Part shown: positions 1 through 12,166 of the stretch, in pieces
Layout of the letters: each line of letters opens with the position of its first letter
Position numbering within the stretch: the first letter of the stretch is position 1
Assembly (NCBI RefSeq): GCF_001949145.1
Contig: NW_019091355.1
Location: 57,720-121,719 of the forward strand
Length of the DNA stretch: 64,000 nucleotides
Direction of reading: 5' to 3'
From: Acanthaster planci
Taxonomy: Eukaryota
The notes under the pieces: generated by a model
Told to the model about the DNA's origin: nothing
Seen by the model: only the letters and a program-made list of their open reading frames with translations
The model's database searches: none
Translations under genes and position numbers: made by a program

Positions 1-196
1 GGGTTGTTTGTTTGTTTGTTTGTTCTATTCGGCTGTGCTCGAGCTCGCCAGCGCGTGTCGCCTGCTGCACGGTACGCCGGCCAAAACTGTAAAACAAGTC
101 TTGCCACAATTCAAAGCTATACTTTCTGGCATGCCAGAGCTCAACGAGCGCCTTGCTATGTACCATCTGTTTTCCAAGGATGGATTTGCCCCAGGG

Positions 197-390
197 AGAT
201 GTTAATTAATTTGGGATTTTTGCCCTGCCCGACTTGTATTACAAGTGTGTGCCCCGAACCCACTTTTTGATTCCCAACCGATTTCGTTTGTGGGTTTTTT
301 CACTAGCCTTCGGGGGCAAACACTGAGTATACAGTATTAATATTGTAATACACGTCGGGCAGGGCAAAAATCCCAAAGTAATCCCCATCT
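197..390. mobile_element. Short MITE-like inverted-repeat element
   Basis: tttgggatttttgccctgcccgacttgtattacaa (210-244) is nearly the reverse complement of ttgtaatacacgtcgggcagggcaaaaatcccaaa (343-377); looser pairing extends out to about 197 and 390. Confidence 0.65.
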
Positions 391-2928
391 GTTTAACAAC
401 CAAAAAATATTTCGCTGGTAACCCATATCCTTAAAACGCTGTGTACTGCAGTACAGGCGGTTGATTATTCATACTATCGTTGGCGCTTGGTATGATCAAA
501 TAATAACTTCAAATTTAATGCTTGCGCAATTGCTTGTATGACTTTACACAGAAAAGTGTTTTATGAGATCTCATGATCACTCCTTGGGATGAAACACGAG
601 CGCATTTTGTTTTTCGTGAACTTAACCGGGGAGCTGTCCTGTGTTGGTCAACATTAGTGGACAGTCTTAACCAAATTTGTAAAGAGACTTGGAAAACTGA
701 TGTTTTGAGGTGACACAATAAAACTACAAACATCATTGCATGGATAATGTAAAAGTGCAAAACAAAATTTACAAATTCACGACGGCAAAACTGAGTACAT
801 CTAATAGTAGATATTTTTCCTTCTATTTCCTGGTCACTGCAATATAGAGGCTGAAAGTTGACCCCTGATGGTGCACTTCTGGAACCCTTGGATAGGAAAA
901 ATAACGTTCAAAGATTTTAGAATATGTAATATTTTTTCGTTCAGTTTCTTCTTAAAAAATCCAACTTGGGAAAAAGGGCTTTGAAAACTATTTTCTAGTA
1001 CAACAATTTATAGAAACTGAAAAATTACCTGACCTAAAAGAGAAATATCCTGCCAAAAATTGACCCATCACTTCCAAAATCTAAAATATATGAAGAACAC
1101 TGCAATACAGCAGTCTCGTACGCAGATAAATAGTTACGGTTTGAAATTTTATGGTAGTCTCTGGGAAAAAACAAAATAAAACAGATCAAAATGTTTTGCA
1201 CATTTTCGGATACTTTATAAGTTAATAAACATAAAGCAATATTCCACTTTTCTAAAAGATTCTAATATTTCATCTGACTTTTGCTGACAACAACTGCGTG
1301 ATGTCAACTCAACGGAATCCGGAACCCATCGACTGCAGGTACTACGTGAATCTTTGCAAGGTTGTACAATCATGTTTTTCAAGAAAGCATGGGGTGGTTT
1401 CCGAGTAATGAATTATTTTTTTCAAAAAGTATCGAACGTGATTGGACGGCCAAATGTAAAATCCCCATAGGCGGACCGTCAGAGTGCGTAATGGTAGTCT
1501 GGGAGCCTAATGGAACAGCAGCAATTATTGTTATCAGATTATGGCGTTGGGTTTGGGCACCAGACAGGCATAGTTAAAAAAAAAACCGAAGGGAAATACC
1601 CTTTCATATCATATGCGGGCTTCAGACCTTGTATGGTTGCCAGACCTATGATTCAGTGAATTTTTAACGGGTTTCTCCGTGATAACATCTTGCATTACTT
1701 GTTTGAAAGAGGCTACAAGGGAGAAAGTAAGTAGTGTTACTTTAAACACAAACTGTATCAAGAAAAAAAAAGGTTTAACTCATATTTTTAGTCGAGATTT
1801 CTGCAGGGCTCAAACTTCGGAACAACGTACGTTAGAATCCGCCATCTTGCGTTGCTACACCAGGCATAGGCCATGTACATGTATAGTACTGTACATGTAT
1901 GTTAGCCCTACGACGCGAACGTGCATTACGAAATTAAAATCAGGAAGCGTCATACGCATATGTATTGGTGACTAGTCGACTAGCAACCACAAAATTGCGC
2001 AACTGCATAAAAACAGACGTGTACTACGTGAATCATTTTTATATGCTTTTGTTGTACTAGCACGGCAACTGACAACATGTAGGCTACATATATGTAGGCC
2101 TAATTAATTGCCATGATTGCATGACTTAGAAATTTCAGCACGACAGATGTTCATTTGATGCCACTGCTCATATTGTCAGTGGACGTGCATAAATTTGTAT
2201 TCATGAATGGAAGTCTGACCACGTGGCAATTTTAGACTGTATTTATCTCACTTAGCTTGAAAAAAATACCCTGGAATCACAAAAAGAAATACGTCAATGT
2301 TGGAATCCATTTGGTACAACAGGCACCACTTTAATTTTTTCCTGCAGCAACCAGTTACTCCAATTGGCTATCTAAAAGCAAGAGAATGTCCTAAAAAAGT
2401 CAAATTTAGCAGTGAAAATACTGAGGTATTCGCTCAGAAAACACTTAAAATTTTCAGAATTTTCAGACTAGTCTTAGAGGATTTATGCACAGGGTGTCCA
2501 GTGGTATCTGTGTAAATGCACGTTTATATGGAATTCTTTCCAGAAGGATAAGTCTTGCAACTTTTGGGGGCACTGAAAAAAATGAACTCAATAGAAAACC
2601 TAAACCCCAACTTGAAGCCATCTTGTCCTGCAGAGAGTCCCATTCCTGGTGCTATTGCACCGTATTGTCACGCGATCACTCAGTTACAAGTTAATTTTCT
2701 AATTTTATGGTATCAGTTCAGTGCTGGTGTTTAAAAAAGTGAAATGCAACTGGATGACAGTACAATTTGCATTTCTTTTATAAAAAGATCCTTTTGTTTC
2801 AAATTGAATAGTCATTCGATTGTTTTGAGGTAAAGCTTTCATAAGTTATAAATATTGTCTGCTATCAACAGGAAAGAACACATCAATCATGAAATTCTTC
2901 ATATAAACAAATACATGTATGATGGAAG

Positions 2929-5900
2929 ATGCAAGACCCGATCACATCAAGGAGGTCAACATCACCTCCTCATTTAAGGGACCTCCAGGAAGGTTAGGTG
3001 GGTAAAAGATGTACCTCATTAAATGAGGACTGTGTGTCAAATGTGGAAAAGATTAACAAGTGGCTGTGCTTTAGATGAGATTCCGGTAATGTACATACAA
3101 AATCTGGCTGTGCATCTTTCCACTGACAGCTACTTGTACATTTACATGCATGGATGCATACATTTATGTACCAATGAACCATCAATCTATTCAGTTGTCT
3201 GTCATACTGCGTAATCCTTTGATCTTGCAGGAAATCTCATGCTTGATTCCTATTCAAAGCAATGTTCTGCAATTTTGAATCAGATCATTAGGCAAGATCA
3301 TCTGATGGCTCAGTGATGATTTATCAATCAAAATTTGTAAACACATCTGTATACAATGGTTTCTGACTTCAGTGTTCATGTTTCTCCACCGAATATTTTT
3401 AGAATGCAACCCAAACGACAAAGACACCAACGCTGATCAACCATCCCCTGATGACCCAACCTCTGGCCCTGGACCAACAACTACATCATCATCATCATCC
3501 ATTGGTACCCTCTCAGAAGAATTTGAACATCTCTCAGCGCATCTGATGAGCAATCACGGAGACCCGGTAAACACTTCATTGCGACATGATGTAAGCAACA
3601 CAGCATGATTTAGGATTATTTGACAGAGTGATAAAAACAAATGAGAGAAACTGCAGAAGGGGCTGTTGCAAGGGGGGCTTTAAAGTGAGGTCTAGATTAT
3701 ATTTACTCCAGATCAGAAATTATATTGGGTATTTAATATGAGCATTTAGATATAGAAGTCTTGAACTGATACTGAGAGCCTTTAATTCATGTCATGCTCA
3801 TTCAATTTGGGGTAATGACATTTGCTTTGTTTATACAGCATTTTGACGTCGTCAAGCAAACGCTTACTCTTATCATGTAAAGTGTCTGCCTCCCATAGAC
3901 TTTTTGTACCACTCAGCCTTTGGGCCTCATGGGTCAGTGAGACACTATATTATTCCATGTTATGCTTGTGCAATGAGTAACATTACAACTGTACATGTAA
4001 GTTTTATGTTTGATTAGAAAATATGGTACATCTCTTAATTCCTCCAAAAAGTGTTTCTCCCCCCTCAAAAAAATCTTTGCTCCTCCCTTTCCTCCCCTTA
4101 AGCAACATGTACTTGTAAAATCTGTTGCTGCCACCGTTGCTTCCTATAACCTCAAGTGAAAAAGATCATACAGATTTAAAGGTTTGGGACTTGGACAGGT
4201 TTGTCATGATTTTTTCAGTGTTTTTAAGTACCAAACAAGTTCCATTCAGTTGCTTGGATTCCCAGCACTGTGAAGTTGACTCCAACAGTTGTAATCTAGT
4301 TGCAAGTGGGGGTGGGAGAATGGATAATTATGTGAAAGATGAGTAATGAACCATTTATTGTAATTTTCCATTTTTCAAGCATCTTTCCTTGCCATGAACT
4401 TTGCCTTGGTTTTGGTATTATTAATATGGAAAGATTTTTTAGTTCAGTATGTTGGGCACTTAATGCTGCATTTGGTTTTTGTTGGCCAGGTTCTTCCTGA
4501 TCGTCCTGAGGTATCCATGCAGATTCATAATGTTGAACTTGCGCTGCAGAGTTTATCCAAAGGCAATGTGGCCACTGAGATCACGGCTCACCTGACAGAA
4601 CTTGTGCCGAAGATTATCCGTTTGGAGCGCAAGGTCAAAACACAGACGGTATGACAATCTCACAATCATACATACGTTTTATATTGTTTTCTTGCCAAAC
4701 TGAAATTGTTTTATTTTGGTTTCAGAGTCTTTTCTTCAATTTAAATTTTTGTTTCCATGAAGTTTTTGAAGTTTTTAAATGAACAGTATTTCAAACTTTT
4801 TTGGCCAAGTTCGTTTCAAATTTTTTCATTGTTTTGTTCAATGTTTTAACCAAGATTCTTCAGGCTTGTGGATTTTTTTCTCCACACTCACCATACTGTG
4901 GTGCCATTTTAGTGCATGTAGCAGCCACAGTCTGGCCTTTGTGCTGGTTTTTTCCTCTTTGGATGTGGTTTTTATCCTTATCTGTTTCATGACAAGGTTA
5001 CTTACTGTATCAAAATTGAATAACTAACCCACTCGCACCTGTATTTGTTAGTTCCCAGCGTCTTATATAAATCTACATGTACCGTGTGTACTGCACTAGA
5101 GGATGTGATGTGTGCCACGTCAAAGTTTACTTGATATTCATTTCTCATAGGACATTGGGAAGTCCCTCTCATTCTCGTGGGGTGTTTCCCCTTCTGAGCA
5201 ATTCCACGAGTGAAGTGCAATATGAAATGCCTCAACTTATGTGAAACACCATGCTGTAAAATCAGGGGCGGATGGGGGAACAAATAGTTATTCATCCTGT
5301 CTAGTTTTTGAGGATGTATGTGGCACAGCTGAAGAGTTTGGGAGTGTTTTTGATCAGGATTTTGCAGTGCTACACTCTGGCTGTGCACACTCCAGTTGGC
5401 ATTCAATGAATGAGCGACCCCATTGTGTTGGAATTTCTAATGGGCCTTTCAGCCAAGCCAGCCTTTTTTCTAGGGGAATTACAGCGCAATGTGGCAGCCA
5501 TAGTGCCTTTGGACAGAACTGGTGCACGTGGTGGTGGTGTCCTGTTAGGATGCCGCAATGATTTAGAATATCGAAAAAAACCAGAATTTGAACAACCTGA
5601 TGTGGAAAACCTTTGGGTATTCAAGCTGTAGCAGAAATTGGAGACAAAGTTTTTGCTTCTGACCACAAGTCCCTCAAGGTTATCCTACCTGTTTGGTGCA
5701 ATCCAAAACCACACATGGTCAAGCGTCCTGTCTTCAATTACCGCAAGGCAGATTAAATGACTTAAACCAAACACTTGCATGCGCTCCATGGCATCTGTTG
5801 GAGGCAGCAGACAACTGTAATGAGGCAACCTCTCTCTTCTATGACTTTGTGGAGGCTGCAGTAAGAGATGTTGTCCCGATAATCCGACCGCGTCGCCTTC

Positions 5901-8900
5901 CCCTCCCTGGTTTGACAGCGAGTTGAATGCAACCCTTAAGAAGAAGCCCATTGTTTCCAGGTATCAGTTGCAAGGCCAGGAGCTAGAGAGAGTGTGTGTA
6001 CAGAAAGATCTTGGAATTTATATTGACACATGACTTAACTTTGTTCACCATGTTGAGTTTATTATCAAGAAGGCTAATCGCGTTGAGCATGTTCTCGGCA
6101 CATTGTACTATTTCTTGATAAGGCCTCAACTTGAATACTGTACAATTGCTATTAACTCTATTTCACCGTACCAAGCAACTAAGATAGAACGCAGGTTTCT
6201 TTATTTTATGTATAAAACTCTAGGTCCCGACAATGATGTACCCATTCCTGACTACCAGAATCTTTGTTCCCGGTTTAGATTTGTTCCATTTTTCTCACCG
6301 ACTTATCGTAAATGACTGTTTATTTTTGTACAAGGTATTCCACAATCATTTCACTGTTACTGACGCTATTCCTTTTAGCCTTTACACTCCATCATGCAGG
6401 ACAAGATTTGCTGACAAACACATTCTGCACATCCCACGGAGTCGCATTGATGTTGTTAAGAGAGGCTTCGTCTCTAGAATCTCTACAACATACAGTGGGC
6501 TCCATGGGAGGTGTGATTTGTTTGGGGCGGCAAGTCTTGCTTGCTTCCGTAGCGAAATCTACCAAGCTCTCAGACTAAGTAACTTATAAATACCGGAACT
6601 GAAATTCACTGCATTTAATATTTAACTACTCCATCGCATATGTCGCATATAGTGTTGATACGTGTAATTTAAATAATATATCTTTTATTTGTGTTTCATT
6701 TGAATCTTCTCCTTTTAGGCTATATTCTCTGAATTTATAAAAGTACATATATATATTTATTGTCTTATATTTCAATTTCTAGTTTTTGTACCTTTCCTGT
6801 AAGTGGCAATTTTCTTGCTGTTGGAAACAATTAATAAATGATGTTTTAAATAGAAATTCAAGCAAAAGGTTCGTAAGATTTTTTTGTTAATAGAAATTAG
6901 GCAGCAGGGAAACAGCAAAATATAGATTAATGGGACAAAAGGTATTTCCAAATAAGTTTGTCTTTTAGGTCATTTAACTTGGAATTAAAATTAAAACTCC
7001 AACCTTTAGTTTTGAGAATTTGCCTTAAATGAATTTACTGGGAGAAGGGACCTTTCACAACAGTCAGTGTCACCTTAGTCTGTTTAATATGAACATGACC
7101 ATAACTTGTAAACAAGATTAACTTTACTGAGTTCTTCTGCCATTTAAAACATGTTTTCATTGTGAATTATCTCAAAAGTGATCACCGAGTTATATCCAAG
7201 CACCTTCCAAATCAGGCAAGGAGTTCCTTGGTTTAGAAGTAATCAAGATCTCGATCTGGGTTTGAACTTTACTTGTGAATTGCAGATTAAGCAAAAATGT
7301 GGATAATTTGTCTTTCAGATTTTACGTGGGATCTTTGAAGAGGAGAACCAAAATCTCAAGAGTGAGGTTGAGTTGATTAAAGAAGAGCGAGATAACATCA
7401 AGTAAGCATAGTTTTATGTTGTAGCAAGTACATTGTGATCAAGTAGGTAATGAAAACTCACTCAACACGTCAGTCCGCATGTAAGTTGAACCTAGTTCGT
7501 AAAGATGAAGAGTAAGGAAACTATCCACTGTCTTTAAATGACTTGTGTAGATTTCATTGAAGAAAAGAAAAACTATTAATTCCAGTTTCATATAGAGCAC
7601 AATTAGTCTGACACTGAGAAATGTGCTCAGTTAAAATCTTCAAAGAAAGTTTCATTACTTTTCTTCATCAGAGAAGAGAACAGGAAGTTACTGGAGGAAG
7701 TAGCGGAGTTGAAACGGGCTAAGGAAGATGAACATCTTGGAGGATTTGACTATGTTACCAAGAAAGAGGCTTGTGAGATCAAATATGCTGAGAAAAAGGT
7801 ACTTTGATTATTTTGATATGGTATCTTCAGTGTTACCTTGGTATATGTATTCTGTTCTATTCCATGTTATTAAACTTTAAGAAATGCATCAAGTCGAAGA
7901 ATGAGGTAGAAGGAAGAGTGGGTCATTGAAACTGCTGCTGTCACATGGACTATGGACTATGTGAGATATTGTGTGCCCTGCCTGTGGTTAATGCCATTTT
8001 TTCTGTCTTTTTCTTGTAGGAAAAAGAGAAACACCGTAGTGTACAAGGCCCAGCAGGAGTCAGCGAAGAAGATCACTCAATCCTGCAGCGGAAATATGCC
8101 TCCCTCAAAGGACAGATTGAAGAGGTAAAGAAATAACAAACACAAATTATTATCAGGTTCTACAAAAAATATTTTATGTTAACACCTACTATTGTGGAGG
8201 AATCAATTTTAGATTTACATATTACACCACAATGTAGTAATGATGAATGGGAAAGTATTTGTGTGAGAGCGAAAACGGTTTCCATGGTCGTAAGGAATGC
8301 TGACGGCAGGCATGATGTCAAAAGCTGACAATCATAGAAGAGGTGGTGTGTGATGTCATTCTGAAAGAAATTTTAACAGAATGGCATTCTTAACTCAGGA
8401 AAATGGTGGTGATAGTGGTGATGCTCTTGAAGCTAAATTGTGACTTCAATTAGATGTATTTTGTTTGTAGTCATTTTTTGGACATTGGAGGCATTACTTT
8501 TAAGTAATATGAAAAAATGGGCATAATGTGTGTTACTGAGCAAGAAAGATATGTTGTATGCCTGTCATGCCATTATACATTTTGTATGGGCCTACTCTGG
8601 CAGCTAAGTGCAAATAGTTGGCACAAGTTCAACTTCGCCGACTGTCACTCTGCCTGTTTGCGTCAGGTGGGAAAATCCCAGACAAAACATTTCCATATGT
8701 CAGCCTCTAGTGTCGGGGGCCTTTTGGAGACGTCGGTTATTGCAACAGTTATATGGAAAACAGGCATAATTTGTAGTCCATATTTTCTCCCTGTCTTTGG
8801 TGATAAATAGCAGGACTATTTCAGAAAAGTACCAAATAGTTTGTAACACTGTATAATTTCAACTGATATTTATGTTTGGTTTGCAATTTTGTATTGCATA

Positions 8901-11900
8901 GATTGTGAAAGTGAATCATTCTTGGGATGAGCATTACAGAACCATGAAAGCTCAGCTAGAGGCCCGTATCAACATCCTCCAAAAAGAACTGGATGATGCA
9001 AAGAATCAGATATTGATGCTGGAGAAAGAACAGAAAGTTGGAGATGACATGATGGTACACGAAAAGGCAAGGATCGAGAAAGCTGAGGTGAATATAAAAG
9101 AGAGAAATGAAATGTGGAACCTAGTTATAAGCAGATGTCAAGACATGATTTAGTGCTCTGAAAGTGGCTCGGAATGAGTTTAAAGCTGAAGTTATTAAAG
9201 TAAAGTGTTTGTGCAACAGAGAAAGCTCTAATTTTTAAAAGGGCCTAAGAAATTGGCAAAATTTCCCTTCACTCACGAGTGAATAGAGTGTTTGAATGCG
9301 GCTGATTATAACAGATTATGATATGATCCTGGAACAAAGTGGAGAAGGTAGCTATAAAATAAAGATACCAAGGACATCAGAAGGATCTCGACATTATAAC
9401 TTTTATCACTGATGATTGTATTTGTATAACTACCAAAATTTACAGAAAGAGCATGCAGGAGCACTAGCAGAAGCTGTTGCCATCAATCAGAAATGTGAGA
9501 AGCTAGAACGCTATGCTCGCACACTGACTGGCCAACGTAATGAGATGGAAAGAGAGATCAAACGCTTGAATGAGGTAGCTGCTTGAAATTTTTGATTATC
9601 AACTGTAAAATTAATTTTCTTATAGTGTTATGCTTTGTTGTACTTCTGTAAACTTTTCTAACAAGTCAAGAGGTTTTCTTAATTTGTTCCACCTTTTGTT
9701 TCTTGTATCTGAAAAATGTGGAGAGAAAAAAGGGGCTGATATTAGTACATAGCTTACTAAACATGGATACTATTGCCATTCATACTGTTACATTGAATAC
9801 ACTGGCACTGATTAAGAGACATGTTCCTTGTCACCTTATTTAGGCCCTTGCCAAGAAAATCAGAAACAGTGAAGAAGAGTCAGCAGGAATCTACTCTGAA
9901 CAACAAAGAGAACAGCGTGCCTCTTCCCCATCAGCCAGTCATCAGCAGGGACAGCATGACCAGACTCGTCTAATTGGACATCAAAAGGGAGTTCATGAAA
10001 TGACAGAAGCTGAGATGAAAGAGGAGATTGAGCTGCTGAGACAACAGGTCAGCTTATTAGCATAGCAGTTGCTATGGCAGATAACATCAGGCAATGACAA
10101 AAATGATTGTCATGGAAACAGAAGGGACTTTATTAAATGATAAAAGCTGAGAAAAGACAGCGTTTTGAACTCCTAAAATGAAGACAATTAGTAAAATGGT
10201 TGTTCTCACAGTAAAGTAGCAGAGTTAAATTGAAAGGTTTACTGTGTATGTTTAATGTGTCTCATTGCATGATGAAGCTTTACATATTTGCAGCCTTCTT
10301 TATAATTTATAATTTGATGCCACATATAAACAAGAAACATCAAATCTGATGTGATTTAGGAAACACATTTGTTTAAAAGTCATCGACATCCAAGTATTCT
10401 AGATAACCAACCATTTGACTCCCTGATGTGACGTACTTTCATAAATCAGGAATGGTAATATTCCTTTATATACCAATAGATTTTGAATTCTGTGACATAT
10501 AGAATGAAGTTTTCCAGTCAGACTTCACTCATGAGCGTCAGGACCGGCAGCGTGTAATAGGGGAACTTGATGTCATGCAAAAAGAGCTCCGTCGAACCAA
10601 GAAACTCCTCAAGCAATGTGGGCAAGAGGTAAGACAACAAGATTTTATCAGGCCAGCATTGCCTTACAGATAAATTCAAGAACTTAAAAGAAAGGCCAGT
10701 TACAAGTAATTACTTAGGATGTTGTTTGTGCTATCTGCAGGTAGTGTACCAGGATCCAACACTGACTCACCTGCAACGTGATCGTCATCACTATTCAGCT
10801 TCGGTCTGTATTCACTCATCCAAATAGCCATTCATGTTAGTTTTAAATTCCGCAGGATAATCATTGACCAGGCTTGTCAAGATAGAGCCAAGTGGAGCTG
10901 CAAAAAAAACAATTGTGTGAAGAAAAGGGGCAAATTATTGCGCCTGACATGTCCAGATACTGGATAATTCCTTTAAAATACAGCACAATAATTATTTTGC
11001 ACATTTGCCGGTATTTCAGACTTTTAGGCAAATATCAGAATGTTGGTGTTAGTCATGCATTTTTAAAAAATTAAAAAGTGTCTGATAATGAAATCTAACA
11101 AAAGAAGACAGGGATTGTCAAATGCCATTGAAATGATGAATTCTACATTGTATGTTTAGGCCCCTCCACATGACTATGGCTATGTTGTCTATCAACAACC
11201 CCCAGCTAGACACAACCGACCAGTGTACCCACAGGAGGTATGTACATTTTGATGATTGTGAGAACCCCATTTTATACAAAGCACTCAATTCCATGAAAAA
11301 AAGTAGTACGGTATTGACATAAAAGAGTGAAGTAGTGTAGATCAATACATTGTATTTGTCTACTGAAACAGTGGAATTAATTACATTATTTGATTTTTGT
11401 CTCAACATTAAAGCACTAATTTAGCAAGAACAACCTGAAATTCATTTTAAATATTTTCATCCTCACTGTCGTTTTCTTTTTGAAAAAGTCCGGTCGGCTG
11501 ATTCCTCATGGCCAAGGCAGACGAACCTACAACCTAGCTGCCAATGATGTTTACATTGATGGTGATGATGTTGAGATGGATGGCGGGCCAAGAGTTAGTG
11601 TGGAATTCAATGAAGCATTCAGTGATGCTAACCCAACTGAGAATGACCAGAACAACCGGATCTGCCCAAGGTCAGTTCAAGTCATTAAATGACCATACTT
11701 AAGGTTTGTCAAGTGTCTCATTAGTCGGTTCATAGGTCACCTCAGACCAATTCATAGTATGCTACAAAGAAGTTTCTGGTTGAAATTATTTTACTAGTTA
11801 CAACACTGGATCAAATTGGGAAATTAGGTCTGTTAAATGGCAGGTTGAAAGTCAGCTCAGATCAGTGTGTGATCGTAAGTCAGTAAGATCATGATGTAGT

Positions 11901-12166
11901 CATAGCCTGAGTAAGTTCAGGTGACAGTCTAGTCATAAGTCAATTCAGGTCATTGATTGGTATTTTCAATTAATCAGTTAATGCTGTTGTAACTACATGT
12001 TGGTTGATTCAACTTTTTTCATCATGTTAACCATTCCTTTCTTGAAATCACTTTTTTCTCAATTTAAATTCTTTTTATATTGACTTTTTCTTCCATTAGA
12101 TGTGAAAGGACTTTTGACAATGACCCAGACTACCATGTTCACATCAACACCTGTCTGGATAACTAA
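2929..12166 (+). CDS. TNIP1-like: TNIP/ABIN-family ubiquitin-binding adaptor, paralog A (about 586 aa; coiled coil, UBAN, C-terminal CCHC zinc finger)
   Basis: Exons 2929-2992, 3403-3590, 4490-4648, 7319-7401, 7672-7798, 8020-8124, 8902-9087, 9446-9574, 9844-10047, 10503-10628, 10741-10803, 11160-11237, 11489-11670, 12100-12166; all GT-AG, phases compatible, 1761 nt ending in TAA. IVKVNHSWDEHYRTMKAQLE and QRNEMEREIKRLNEAL resemble TNIP1 coiled-coil motifs recalled from memory. ELLRQQNEVFQSDFTHERQDRQR carries the UBAN DFxxER motif. The protein ends CPRCERTFDNDPDYHVHINTCLDN. The 5' exons are less certain. Confidence 0.85.
5260..6840 (+). mobile_element. Decayed, internally deleted non-LTR retrotransposon (CR1/L2/Jockey-group LINE) in intron 3 of paralog A
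   Basis: Endonuclease-like DRTGARGGGVLLG...ENLWV (5510-5630); linker with PW / PWF motifs (5750-5945); post-RT motifs KDLGIYID and LIRPQLEYC (5960-6150); C-terminal piece to 6589; AT-rich tail with aataaa near 6833. Multiple stops and frameshifts; no RT YxDD core seen. Confidence 0.8.
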
